64,000 nucleotides of DNA, from the NCBI GenBank assembly GCA_001179505.1, contig CDMY01000200.1, positions 105,801 to 169,800 of the forward strand, written 5' to 3'. Both the position numbers and the translations under genes were made by a program. The notes below the pieces were generated by a model, which did not search any database, was not told the DNA's origin, and saw nothing but the letters and a program-made list of their open reading frames with translations. Below are positions 1 to 13,608 of this stretch, piece after piece. Within the stretch, counting starts at the first letter, position 1; the number at the start of each line of letters is the position of its first letter. Source of the DNA: Vitrella brassicaformis CCMP3155 (Eukaryota; Protista; Chromerida).

Positions 1-63
1 CCGACCCGACTCCTCGCGAAATCGATCGCCCTTGTGTTGTGTTGCTCGCTGCGTGTGTGTCAG

Positions 64-228
64 AATGTTGGTGGGCGCGTGCGCATCGTCAAGGGTGTGC
101 ACAGGGGCGAGGAGGGTGTGCTCAAGGCCGTCCACCTGGAGCAGTTTTGCGCGACGGTCGAGACGGCCGCCGGGGTGCGGGAGGGCATGCAGTACGAACA
201 GGTCTGCAAACTCATGGCCGACGAGTAG
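64..228 (+). CDS. KIN17: Last exon of KIN17 DNA/RNA-binding protein (C-terminal KOW/SH3-like domain); gene starts upstream of the window
   Basis: After a (GT)n-CAG acceptor at 63 it reads NVGGRVRIVKGVHRGEEGVLKAVHLEQFCATVETAAGVREGMQYEQVCKLMADE*. This matches the KIN17 C-terminus pattern (GxRGxEGxL...EGIQYEDISKL). Confidence 0.75.
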   Translation, partial: NVGGRVRIVKGVHRGEEGVLKAVHLEQFCATVETAAGVREGMQYEQVCKLMADE

Positions 229-978
229 CGAGGGAAGGGGAGCTGGCTGGTTCGTTGGGGCGTCGGTAGGGAAAGGGAATTTTTCCTCTCTCACTTGCTT
301 GTGAATGTGTGTGTCCACCGTACGTGGATTGTGAAGTGTGCATATGACTGCCTGACGATGACCGATTGGTTCGATTCAATTGGTTCGTGTCGTGGATGCA
401 GTGAGTGCATCTCTCCTTATACACTGTACATGATCAATCAAGTGATCCATCAAACGCTATGATCGCGTGACAGCCCCAAAACCTTCTTGCATCTGGAGTG
501 AATTACGTTTGTGTCTCTTTGCTCTAACCCACAAACGGGGAGGGGACGCCGCTTCCTCTCGTCCTCCATGCTCTTTCTGCGTGAGCGGGTGTCACAACCA
601 CCAGCACTGGACAGACAAGTCCATTCATTCATTCATCGCTGTTGACGTTCCTCGTCGGACGGCAGCTGCTGGCGGCAGTGAACTGGCCTACCCTGTCTGA
701 CGAGCGAATTGATCATTGTGAGGCTTAACAGCGTTCACCGACGGTGAGTGCGACGCAATTGGCTCACCACGAGTCACAATGTGGCTTTGCGGCCTTTGTG
801 TGTCGGTGTGGTGTTCGGCCTTGGTGACGGGGCGGACTTATTGGGCGCCTTTGTACCATTTGACTCATAGCTAGGTGGGCGAGCACACACACGACACATG
901 CAGCAGGTGTCTGCCCATCTCTTGTCGCCTCTCTGTGTGTGTGTGGTCGGTGCAGCTGTTGGTGTCTGTTTTAGTGAG

Positions 979-3362
979 ATGTCTGAGTGTCACGACAGCC
1001 ACATGGCCTCGGCTGCCATGGCGGACGGTGACGGTGGCGATGCGGGTACGCCACACACAGATGAATGTGACACATCAAACACACAGCATCAGCGCCACAC
1101 GTGTGTGTGTGTCTTCGATGGTGTGCAGACGATGTGGCTGAGGAGGACAACAATGGCGGCGGGCAGCCAGACGGCCAAGACGACAATGACGCTGACAGTG
1201 GTGAGTCAACAGCACGCCACACAGACTGATCAGCACACCAGCAGCACAATCATGTTCGCGTTGTTGACGAATGTGTTGAAATGTCTTCGTTTCAGATTTG
1301 TCGCGAGAGGAGGACGGCGAGATGGCGGAGGAGGAGGGAGAAGGTCCACAGGCGGCAGCTGATAGCGAATCCGAATCGGTGAGTCACTCATTGACAGCAC
1401 CAACCGCCCCATGCGACGAGCGTCAGCAGTCTTTCTCACTCTTTCTCTTTGTTGTGGCAGGACGGTGTACAGGACGACAGTGATGACGACGGTGGGCCAC
1501 TGGGCGACGACATGGCTGACGACGACAACGACGGCATCGATGACGACGACTATAACGACGACGAAGCCGACCCCTATGAGGACGACGACGGCTATGAGGA
1601 GGACGGTACACCAGACAGACAGACAGTCAGACGCGAGAGGATGTGATCCTCACACACATTCCTTCACTGTGTGTGCCGTGTGGTGGCTGTGTGTGTGTGT
1701 TGCAGGCCATCCTGTGCTGGCGGCCACCACGGTTGAGGTGCCTGACGGCTGTGTGGGAGCCAACGACATCGAGGCTCGATTCCCCCTGGGCACCAACGAG
1801 GTCACCAAGCAGCTGGCATTGGGCGTCATCGGCCGTACCATCACCAGCCCCCAGCACGTGACCGACCTCATCGAGCAGGGTGCCGACCCCCATGTGGAGC
1901 CTCGACTGCGGCAGAAGGGCAGCGAGTGGGCTGGCGTTCCCTACTCGCTGGTCCATCTCGCCATCGACAACAGGTCGGGCTACACCGTCCCGACCATCGA
2001 CGCCGAAGACAATGATGATTGCCATTGCCGTCCCGTCGCCCTGCCACAGTGGTCGTCTGACGAGCTGCAGGCGGCCGTCCTGACCGCACTCCTCGACGGA
2101 GGAGCCGACCCCAATGCGGCAGCCGATCGGACCGGGGAGACGCCCCTCCGACTGGCGATTGCATCCGGCAATAAGACGGCATTCGAGCCGCTGATGGGTC
2201 GTCAAGACGTCGACCTGCACGCACAAGTCTTAGACGGCGCAGCAATGGTGATGGAGCTGCCGGTCCCCCTGCGTGACCCTCCTACTAACTTCCAAGAGGT
2301 GCTGCTGTCGATGTATCGTCAGCTCATCGAACGATACCCCACCATCGCTGCCGAACGACGCTTCGATGAAATGTGCACCTGGCAGCCATACAAGCGGAAG
2401 GGCGCTATCCCCAGCCCTTCATCGACAGCTACCTGGATCTCATCACGGCGAACGGGGCGGACATGACGGCAGCCGACGGCAACGGATGGACGCCACTGCA
2501 CCGGGCGGCAGGGTTTGGCTCCCCCCACGTGGCCGACTACCTCTGCCGCAAGCTGCCCGCTGACCAGATCAACAGACGGGACAACTACGGCGACATGCCC
2601 CTCGCCACAGCTGCCAGCAGCCTCGATATGCACACCCAAGAGCTGCAGAACCCGAACACACCCGAGCACATCAGGGAGCGGTATCGCGCCACGATTCCCA
2701 ACCACAAGCTGACCATCCGCAGCGTGCTGCGGGCGGGGGCCGACATCAGCACCATCCCCACAGCCACAGAGGGGGACTACCGTGGCCGCCAGCTGGTGCT
2801 GACCGAGTATGCCGGAGTGCTCAACGAGCTGCCCGCTGCCGTCATGGCGGCCGTCAACGCCGCCCTCGCCCCCCACCGCTCCCTCGCGGCCCTCCTGACC
2901 CCCCGGCTGGCCGTCGGCCCGCAGGAGGCCGCCATCTTCGGCTGGCGCATCGCGTCATACCTCTTCGACATGGATGCCGCCCAGGAGGCCATCAGTGAGG
3001 AGGCCGTCGGTGTGCGGCACAGCGACACGGCAGGGCGTGTGTGTGCGGCAGCCGAGCACTTTGTCAAGTCGGCAGTGTACCAGGCCAGCAGCAACAGGGA
3101 GGTGGTGGGCGGGACGAGGTATGAGCAGCAGAGCGACAAGCGGCTCAAGGTGACGGTGCCGCAGCTGCAGTGCTTTGTGGTGGGCGGTGTGGGTGGCCGC
3201 AAGATGGAGTTGCGTGAGGTGGTGCAGCGGGCCATCCTGGACGAGGCCGCAAAGTGGGGGCTGGTGGGGGACATCGACAACGGCTTCAGCAAGGATGTGG
3301 CTGCGGTGATGTGGGGGGCGGTGGGGTGGGTCGACAAGGGGCGGGACGGGAGGCAGACATAG
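979..3362 (+). pseudogene. Ankyrin-repeat family copy A (acidic N-tail exons + ankyrin repeats + constant C-terminal domain), frameshifted
   Basis: Phase-consistent exons 979-1045, 1129-1200, 1296-1378, 1461-1605 and 1706-3362. The main exon switches frame at ~2365-2375 (ORF 1411..2466 to ORF 2373..3362) where paralogues read continuously. The C-terminus is also shortened (GRQT*). Confidence 0.8.
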
Positions 3363-3811
3363 ACAGCTAAGGATGACATGAGACAGGCAAACAGATAGAT
3401 GAGGGCGGGCAGGCTGAGAGATTTCGATGTGTGTATGCGTGGCTGTTGCTCTTTGATCGATTGCTTCTGCTTCCTGCCTGCCGGTCCCTGATGTGTGTCA
3501 CCGGTGTATCAGGGAGGCAGACAGGCAGATGGGATGGGTGGAGAGATGTCATTGCTTACCTGCTGCCTGCATTTTTATCCTGACGTGTTGGTCTTGCATG
3601 TCGCTTCGTCCTTGCCCGTGAGTAAGTGCGGGAGACACGAAGCAAGCAGAGACTTGATGTATTGTCCCTTAAACTTCTTTGTATTCAAACGCACACCAAT
3701 GTCAATCAGACATCACACGCGCTCTTCCTGTCTAGGAGGCCCAAGAAGCACAAATCTTCATCATTTTGGGCCCACTCACACATAGCTACTTCAACAACAC
3801 TAAGAGACATA

Positions 3812-5110
3812 TCATCTGAGGCTTGAAGTGCTGGATGATGCGATGCTCGACGACGTGGACGACTCAGCCTCGTCGGCAGCGGCCTTATCAAGCAACAGTG
3901 ACGCCTGGTGTCTTCCTCGCCTGCTGCTGCTGTTGCTGCTGGTGGTGAGGGAGTATATGGTGTAGGAGTACAGGAGGGCCCCACACGTCGACACAACAAT
4001 GCCTGGACAAGAAGACATTAGGACAAGAGACACGAGGGGAGGGACGGGGCGAACCCACCTGATGTAAAGGAGGGCGTGAGAGCGATGTCTGGGAAAAGCA
4101 TCACGCCAAGCACATCACATATGGTGTTCTTGAAGTTGCTGAGGGTCACATGCAGCACACAGAGAGCAAAAAAGAGTCAAAAAATAGAGCAATCCTCCTC
4201 TCGTCCCCCACCTGCACACTCCCACAGTCATGGCGCTGGTATGATTTGTCGCCATGAAGTGGAAGTAATTCAGCGTCGCTGCCAGCACGGAGTTGACAGC
4301 CGCACATGTCAGGAAGAACGGGGACGTCAGGTCTTTGTAGCTCATGACCGTCTCGTATTCCCCAGCCAGCAGCACCCACACGCCGAGGTAGAAAGACATC
4401 CCGCACGACTGGTAGAAGAGGAGGCTCCACTCATTGTCATGGCCCCTCGAGAGCTCACGCTTGCTGATGACGCTGTACCACGATCCCGAGATCACACCCA
4501 TCAGAATCAAGGTCACGCCAATGGCCGAGAAGAACATGTCTCCCCTGCAATAGACGGATGGAGACAGCAGATTCTTCTTGCGGCGGCCTTTTTTTCCTTT
4601 GTGGCCCACCAGGCTGCCAGCAGTGCCCCAGCGGTCATGATGACGGCAGCAAAGACCACGCCCCAGGAAGGAATGCGGCCGAAGACCCAATACTCACAGG
4701 GCATGGTGAAGAGGCAACTCAGACGAAGAAGGGCTGAATGCATCGGCACATTCAAGTATCTGACCATAGTAACAAGTAGACGTCTTTGCACACTTCAGGT
4801 GCCACGATTCTTACTTGAGTGACGACAGTCCACAGAAAATGCGCAGCACGCTTATGAGCGACATTTCCATGAGCTGCCACTGCCGATGAAGCGTCAAGGG
4901 GGGAAGAGTTATCCACCCCAGCCAGCCGAACCGCCGAACAACCACAGCAGTGAGGAGCTGCTGGGCCAGACAAAGCGCTCCCGCCGCATGGAAGTGAGCC
5001 GTTGAGAAAATGGCCTTGTTGAAGGTCGTCTGCACATCAAACATTACTGCATTCATTCATCCCTGAACAGGACACACAGACACGACGATGAATGGCCCCA
5101 TGTCTCCCCT

Positions 5111-5145
<35 letters not shown>

Positions 5146-5266
5146 CGTAAGTACCTGATGCAGATTGTGCGTGCACGCATAGCTCCACCCAATGCAATGC
5201 GTGCACGCACCAGGCCAACGGAGGTCGCCATGTACGCGGCACAAGCGCCACACGCCGGCCCGACAT
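3812..5266 (-). CDS. Nucleotide-sugar transporter, SLC35D/UTr7-like (TPT/DMT superfamily), multi-exon; start uncertain
   Basis: Spliced motifs TTFNKAIFS, YLNVPMHSALLRLSCLFTMPCEY, LNYFHFMATNHTSAMTVGVCSNFKN and CGALLYSY, plus many hydrophobic helices. Stop at 3812. Confidence 0.8.
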
Positions 5267-5608
5267 GCCGGAACTCCTCTGGGTGGGTCGGGGGAGGCCC
5301 TCTTCGTGCAGCTGCGCCCTGCCTCACATGGGCACTCTGCACACATTGGCAGCACTGCATGCATAGTGGCTCTTTCTGTCCTCTGCATTGCAAAATGGGC
5401 GCACCTTGCGGATGTCGTGGAGGAACCCCACATCGCTCGCCAGCAGGGGCGACCCTTCGAAACGAGGTCTACGAGCAGCCGTGTTCATCCCGCTCATCCT
5501 TTCAGAACCCTTTTGTGTTTACGACAGCGAGCTTTTTGACAATCCCTCCCTGGTTTCTCCCCAAGGGGGCTGTGCTTTGTCTGGGTAGATCTGCCACATT
5601 GACTTAAG

Positions 5609-7244
5609 ATGGAGCCCATCACGCTGGACGAGAACATCTGTTACTATGTGCTCATCCCCATCTTCATCGTCTGCATCATGGTCTCATTCCTCCGGCAGAA
5701 GATCCTCGTCGTCCTCAAAAGCGACACCAAAGTCGACCTCAAGGAAGTCAAAAACTCGTGAGCACACACACTCACCAACGCACCCACAAGAAGCAGCAGA
5801 GATCTCTCTCTCCTTGTGATGATGACGATGTGACACTGATGGTTGATGCTGCAGGCAGCTGCTGACACGTGCGAAGGTGCTGCGTGTCAATGCCGACTTT
5901 CTGCCAGAGAAGGCGTTCCGCTCGCGGAAGGCCTTCTTCAACAAGAAGGACACGGGCGCCTTCTGGAACCCACCTGACACACCAAACCCCCTGCAAGCTA
6001 TGGCCACACAAGGTGGGGGCGGATGAGATGAGACCAGCAGATAAGGCAAGGCCTGTAGTGTGGGTGTGGTTGCGGTTGTGGTTGTGGTTGTGGTTGTGGT
6101 GTGTGGTCAGATCCGACTCAGGTAATGGGCATGCTCAAGTCGCAGATGGCGTTTGTCATCCTCAACGGCGGGCTGGCCTACTGGGTCCACTTCCTCTTCT
6201 CGGGCTTCCTCGTCGGTAAGCTCCCTGCCTACCAGGTTGAACCAACAGAGAGAGAGAGAGAGAGAGAGATGGCCTGTAGTGCTGGACATGTCTGTCTGAG
6301 AGCTGCCTTATGTATGCTGTGGTGTGGTGTGGTGTGGTGTGTGTCGTGTCGTGTCGTGTCGGGTGGGCACACAGCCAAGGCGCCGTTCCCCCTGACCTAC
6401 AAGTTCAAGTTTATGCTGCAGCGGGGGGTGGACCTCAGCTCCCTTGACGTCACATACGTCTCCTCACTCTCATGGTCAGTCAGTCAGTTGGTTAGGTGCG
6501 GTGGCAGACAGACAGAGAGACGGAGAGAGCTGAGGAGGGACACTGTTGACTGACAGCTGCATGCCGTCTGTTGCCGGCCGGGCCGGTGTGGTCATCACTC
6601 ACATCAATCGATCAGGTACTTCTTCATCTTGTTTGCGTCGGGTGGGATCGTCTCGCTGCTGCTGAATCTGCGCGGCGCACGTAAGACAGGCAGGCAGTCG
6701 AACGTTCAACAGAAGGCGACTCGACTCACCATCATCTGTCTGTCTGTCTCGATGCGTGTGTGCGTGTGTGTGTGGCTGTGATGTGCACTGCAGCGCAGCA
6801 CGAGCAGGAGGCGCAGGACATCCAGGCGATGGACATGATCAACCCAATGATGGGCGGCATGGCCGGACCAAGTGAGCCGAGCTGAGCTGAGCTGAGCCGA
6901 GCCAGGCCAGCAGCATCAATCCCTCTCGTATGTGTGTGACATCCCGGTGTTGTGTTGTGTTGTGGGTGGTGTGTGTGTTCAGCTGCGATGCCTGGTATGC
7001 CAGGCTCCCAGCCTGACTTGAAGAAGGTCTATCAGCAGGAGAGAGACAACCTAGACATCGTGGTACGGTCGGTCAGCAACTCCACCCAGCCAGCCCAGCC
7101 ACACTCATATACACTTTTCACGCCAGCACGAGTGCAGTGTGTGGCTGTCTGTGGTCGGTATGTATGTGTCAGTCTCACGACTTTGCCTTGGCGACTGTCG
7201 AGCAGAGGCTGGTACAAAAGTGGACCAAGCAGAAGCAGCACTGA
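5609..7244 (+). CDS. EMC3: ER membrane protein complex subunit 3 (TMEM111), multi-exon
   Basis: [21 protein letters not shown]..., [42 protein letters not shown]... are diagnostic EMC3 segments. Stop TGA at 7242-7244. Confidence 0.93.
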
Positions 7245-7798
7245 TGCGATGCGTGTGAAGAGAGGTGTCGCTGGCTGGTGACAGTGTGACTGACGATTAA
7301 ATGAATGGCCGGCCTTTAGTCGGATGAAGAGAGCTTACTTAGGCACACACACACACAGGAAGGTACTAGGTGTCAGGGTCTATACAAGAGTCACACACCA
7401 CACCACACCACACACCATCCTCGCACACACAACACACGTCACACCAGGCACACCCACCCAGATAGATCGAATGGGCCGGGTGAAAAATCATCTCATCAAC
7501 AGCCAGCACCATGTCCATGTCCAACCATCGACGGCGTTAAAGCAACCATCGTCTCGTACCAACCCATACCAATAAAGCATTAAAATCCGTCCAGCCGTCC
7601 AGCCGTCCATCCATCCATCCATCTCTGCCTCTGATCGATCGCTTCATTGTCAGACCGCATCGGCCAGCCATTCATCCAACGCACCAGCTCCCAGCTCGTC
7701 TGCGTTCCTTATGCCGTAAGGAAGAGACGGAGGAGGCCACGAAAAACCCAGCAGCATCTCACGCGGCAAAAATGCGGTTTGGGGACCCGCCTGCCGCG

Positions 7799-10700
7799 CT
7801 ATGTGTTGACTCCTACTGGTGCAGGCGATGCCTGTGCCTGTGTGCCGTTGGGCTGCTGCTGCTGCTGCTGGGAGGACTCTAGCTCTGCTGATGCGTGGGT
7901 GGGGGACGAGGGGGAAAGGTGGGAGGGGTCTTCTGATGGTGCTGGTGATGGTGCCGGGGGTCTTCTCAGTGACGGGGGCGGTGATGGCGCGGGTGAGCCG
8001 TTGACCGAGGTGAACCGCTTCAGCGTCTCCTGAGGTATCGACAGATACCTGCACACACACGCGCACACACACACACACACAGACACACGTGTCGATGGGC
8101 CGGGCCGTGTTGATGGTTTGATTGACCTTGCAAGCGTTGTCAGTTTCCGTTGCCGCTCGTCAGCCTCTGCCGGCGTGAAGGGCTTCAGCGCATATGACGA
8201 CAACTGACACACACACACACAAGAGGGCATGCATCCCATTCACCAGATTTACTGCCCTCCCTCTCACTCACCAATTGGAATCTCTCTGCGTAGTCCCCAA
8301 TGGCAGCGCCGGTCTCGTTGATGAGCGGCGTGATCTCCTCCTCGACGAGCAGCGGCGCCCAGGTGAAGAACTTGTCGAGGGCCGCCATGGCGTCCTTCCG
8401 CCTGTCGGACTTGATGCTCGTGCCCGCCTCACGCCATGACCACAACACCCTGCGAGATAATAATGAGATCATGCACAGCACACGTGTGTTCGGTGGTGGA
8501 CGGGGTGCGGCCGACTGACTTGTCTTTGACGGCTTGTTCGACTAATCGTGAGGCCTCCTCGTTGTCGAGACCTGGTGGATTGGGGGGAGGGAGAGTGCGG
8601 CGCGCATCAATCAAGCGTCTGTCTGTCTGCCTGTCTGTGTGGGTGTCTGTGTGGGTGTGGGTGGCTTGTGAGCGTACCCAGCTGTTCCTGCACGTCGGTG
8701 AGGTATTCCCTGCACGACTCGTCCAGAGTCCCATCGGCGGTCGGCTCCAGGATGTCCGATACCTCAGCACTGCACACACACACACACACACACATCAGTG
8801 GACGCACCCCATCCCCACCCCCATCACGGCCTCCCTCACTTGAAGTATCTTGTCCTGTCGCTGTCGTCGATCTCCAGGGTGTCGACGAGGTCCAGCCCCA
8901 GCCCGATGGCGCACTCCCGCAGCCGCCGCACGGCAGCGCCCGTCACGCCCTGCCCCACCGAGGTCTCCTGCTCGGCCTTGAGACGCGCGATCTTGACCTC
9001 CAGGATGTACCGCTGGACGTCGTCGTCTGACATGCGGAAGTCATCCTGATGCACACACACACACACACGCACACACAGAGGAAGAGCGACTGTGGGTGTT
9101 GGAGGGAGGGAGGGAGGGGGGGAGGGTGCGTGCGTGCCTTGAGTTGGTTGACGGCCCCCATGTCTGACGCTTCGAGAGCGAACTTGCCCTTGAAGACGTC
9201 GTCCAGGAAACGCCGCAAGATCTTGCCGCCTGAATGACATGACCCACAACACACAACAGACACACACACACACAACACATAAGCCAGCAGCCAGAGAGAA
9301 GGATGCCTTGGCGTACCGATTTCCGCTGACTTGGCCCGCAGCACCGGTCCGGTGAAGCCCACAATGGCGCCGAGCTTGGGCGCCACTTGCAGATGCCGAT
9401 CGCGCTTGGGACCAGCTGCCACACACAGAGACAGACACACACACAAGACAGAGAAAGGGGATGGGTCATTGGTCGGTCGGTCGATCGGCTGGTCGCTCTT
9501 TTTCTGGCTTACGCTCTTCAGTGAAGGCCCTGATGATGTACTGCTCGAAGAACTCGCTCAGTGTCTCGGGCTTGGCCAAACCGCTGCAGTCGAAGGCGAG
9601 TCTGTAGTCGGGCCACCGCTCGCCCTCGATGGGGATCTCCTCGATGAGATTGTTGTCCTCAAAGAAGGCCACGAAGTTGGTCGCCTCGTCCATGAAGTTG
9701 CCCTCCGACTCAAACCCTGCACCCACCCACACATCGCCCACAGACACACACACACAAGGGAGTGGCGTCGCGTGTGTGTCTGTGAAGGTCTGTCTGCTTG
9801 TCGTGCGTGCCTAGAGTGCCGGCGCCTCCCGAGCTGAGGACGAAGGGGTCCTCTCCCGTGTCCCTCTTGTAACGCCGATCGAGGTCTTTCCTGCATGGCA
9901 TAAGCGGAAATGGCGGCGTGTTTGTAACACATTCATGTGGCGTGGTTGTGTGACCTGCCTACCTGGACAGGGTGGCCTTGGCGAGCTCGTACTCGAGTGC
10001 GGGGACGAAGTTCGCCCCAAGGTACTCCCGCATGCCGTCAAAGGTGTACCGCAGCGCAGTGTCCTGCATACACACACAAACCACACACACATCCCCCTAT
10101 CCCATTCCATCCCATCCACCCCTCGAGCTTTCTCTGTTCCTCCCTCACCGGCTTGATGAAGAGCCACCGTCTCAAGGTCTCCAGCTCCCGCTTGACATAG
10201 TCGGTCATCAGCCCCGTCACCCCCAGTCCCTCCCTGACAGCCTGGATGAAGGGCGCCTTGCCGTACCGCTCGTTCAGGTGGTTGATCTGCGCCTGCCGCA
10301 GCCCCAGGGCGGCCCGCGTCTTGAGGAGGTCGGAGCGCTCGGCTGGCGTGGGGATGCGGCCGCCCTTGGTGAGGGTCTTGAGCTTAAAGGTGTAGATCTC
10401 GGTGGCGATGGAGGTGTAGTCCTGGGTGGCCAGCTGATACTTGGACAGCACGGCCGCCATTGACGATGCACTGACAGATACAGAACAGAGAGAGATACAG
10501 ACAGAGAGAGAGATGCGCCTGTGTTGGTGTGTGCTGGGAGGGGTTGGTTCGGTTACGTGGTTGCTGCATGCTGGTCTGCGCGCGTGACGTTCCAGGTGCC
10601 CTCGGGTGCCTTGTCGATGTTGTCCTGCAGCCGGGAGCGCACCTCGTCGAGGCACAGCTCCTTGCGCATCGCCTCCACGTCGGACGCTCTGTTGCCCGTC

Positions 10701-13573
10701 AGGTTGCCCCACATCACCAGATCGCTGTTCAGGTCGCTGCTGTAGGTCTGCACCAAGGCAATCGATCGATGGATGGATGGATCTGTTGTGTGTGGCGGGG
10801 GGAGGGGCTGGGGGGGTACCTGGTGTGTGGTGATGTATTCCTGTGCGACGTATCTGGCGAGGTCGAGGGCGTTCACGGAGTTGGCGCCCTCCCCGCTGAT
10901 GGGATTGCGGACAAAACTGACCACACACAGACAGACACACAGAGAGCGAGAGAGTATGCCCCGGAGGACGCACCTCTCCACGCCATGCTCACTCACTCGT
11001 ATTTGATTTTGTCGTGGAAAGCGTCCCGATCGACCACATTGATGGCATCGGCAAGGGCACCCACACTCTGGTATAACCACACACACACAGAGAGAGACAG
11101 AGAGAGATGCACACAACACAAGACAAGACAAGCATAGCGTTGTGTCTTTCTGTCTTTGCAGACCTGGTGGAACTCCAGGAGTCGGTAGACGAGCTCGACG
11201 GCGATGGCCGTGTTGCCCACCTCGAAGGAACGAACAGCCTCCTGCACACCACACCACCACACAGGCACGCACACAACCAGGGTGTCGCAGGATGATAATG
11301 GGGGCTGGATGAAGACCCACACACAAGGGGCTGCCTGGCTGGGTGGTTGTCTGGGGTGGCTTGGCTCGGCTTACCGAATAGATCTGGAAGGCCTTTTCGT
11401 TGACCCTGTTCTTCAACTCAACGTCCATCCGCTCGGGCTGGATGCGCGCAGAACTGCGCCGCCATCACACAGACACACACCACACACACAGACAGCTCAG
11501 ACGCCGTCACTTCGGTCTGTCTGTGTGGCAGACTGACCTCTGCAGCTGTTTGGCCCTCAAGCCGACGTCGATGATGGAGGTGGTCCTGTTGCCGTACTCG
11601 TCGAGCAGAGACGTCATCGCACGGCGGAACCGGGGCAGCTGACCGACCCAACCACACACACACACACACGGACACCATCCATACAGGCAGGCATCACATC
11701 TCTGTATCTCTGTGTGGCTCACTCACGCCCTCACTCACTCACCGTGTAGGTCTGGATCTCCTCATTGACCGCATACCGATTCACCCTGACCAACACACAG
11801 ACACACAGACACACACACTCAGAAGAGCACGACAACATCATCACCCCCCCCCCCCCCCCCCCCCCNNNNNNNNNNNNNNNNNNNNNNNNNNNNNNNNNNN
11901 NNNNNNNNNNNNNNNNNNNNNNNNNNNNNNNNNNNNNNNNNNNNNNNNNNNNNNNNNNNNNNNNNNNNNNNNNNNNNNNNNNNNNNNNNNNNNNNNNNNN
12001 NNNNNNNNNNNNNNNNNNNNNNNNNNNNNNNNNNNNNNNNNNNNNNNNNNNNNNNNNNNNNNNNNNNNNNNNNNNNNNNNNNNNNNNNNNNNNNNNNNNN
12101 NNNNNNNNNNNNNNNNNNNNNNNNNNNNNNNNNNNNNNNNNNNNNNNNNNNNNNNNNNNNNNNNNCCCCCCCCCCCCCCCCCCCCGCAACTCCCCTACCC
12201 ACCCCAGGACATCGACAAGCGCGTCGATGAGCTGGTTGTCGTTGTCGGACAGGTCGATGTCGAGCTCGTTCAGCCCCCCAACAGTGTCAGTCGAAGTGGC
12301 CGCCATCGATGCCTCGTACAGCTCCTGGATCGTCGGCTGCTTCTTCTCCTCTTTGTCCTGCTTGGTCCCATCACCGGCAGCAGGGGCAGCAGCAGCCCCG
12401 GCGTACTGCCGCGCGACGATGTTGATGTCGTATTTCTCGATGTCAAGGTCGCGCCGCCTTCTCTCCGTCTCTGTCGACGAGCGGCGGAGGTGCCGAATGT
12501 CGAAGTTGATGATCTGGCTCAGCTGACACACACCACACACCACACACACGGAGAGAGACAGAGAGAGAGAATGGATGGGTCTCCCCTCCCACCACTCACA
12601 CACACACACACCCCCCTTCGGCAGAGCGTACCATGATCTCGAAGTGTTTGTTGTGCGTCTCCTCGATGATCTCGTCGCTCACGCCGAAAGCGGCGATCCA
12701 CTCGCCCAGCTCGTCGCGGAGCCTCTGGACCTTGTCATCTGTGAGGCTGTCCATCGACGGCAGCGGGGTGGTGGGGAACATCTCGTTGAGCACCTGCTCG
12801 TACGCGTCGGTCACCAGGCTCTTAAGACGGGCCTGACCGACCTTCTTCTTTATCTGACAGACAGACAAGTGACAGAGAGAGGCCGATGTGTGTGTGTGTG
12901 TGTGTTGGGGGGCGGGGGGAGGAGCGGAGCGGAGCGTGCCTGCAGGTCGCCGATGGTCTCGTCGACTGAGAACTGGTACATGTCTTTGCCGGCCTTGACC
13001 GAGTCGACGTCGCCCTCGACCTCCTCACTCTTGGCCTGTACACACACACACACAGCCCCGCCACCACAACACACACACACATGTGCAACGTACGTCGCAT
13101 GGCATGGATGAGCGTCTCTCTCTCTCTCTCTCTGTGTGCGTGTGTGTGTGACCAGGTTGTCGAAGAGGCAGTGTGCGAAGAAGATGTACTTGTCGAGGAT
13201 TCTGCCGCCGAAGGTGTTGGTCCCCAGGTGCTCCTCCGACTCGTACTCGACGACGGGAGAGCACAGCCGCCTGACCCTGCTGGATGTCTTGGCCATGATG
13301 TCGAGCAGCCTGTCCTGGTCGATGCCCAGCACGTCCCGCCAGTCGAGGAGCTCCAGCAACTCGCGGCGCATGCTGCCCCTGCACACATAATGGACACATC
13401 GATGGATGGATGGCCGTTGTTTTGTGTGGCGCGGTGCGGTGTGTGGTTTGTTCTGTTGTGTGGTTGCTTACCGTTTGCACATGCAGGCGTATAGGAGGAT
13501 GTCCCTGAAGATCTGGTCGCACAACTCGCGAGTTTGCCTGAACGAAGAAACCGACCGACAAGCCGCACGCACA

Positions 13574-13608
<35 letters not shown>

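Noticed and set aside
11731-12609. Long ORFs spanning N runs (also 38315-39231)
   Set aside because: These are artefacts of translating through assembly gaps.
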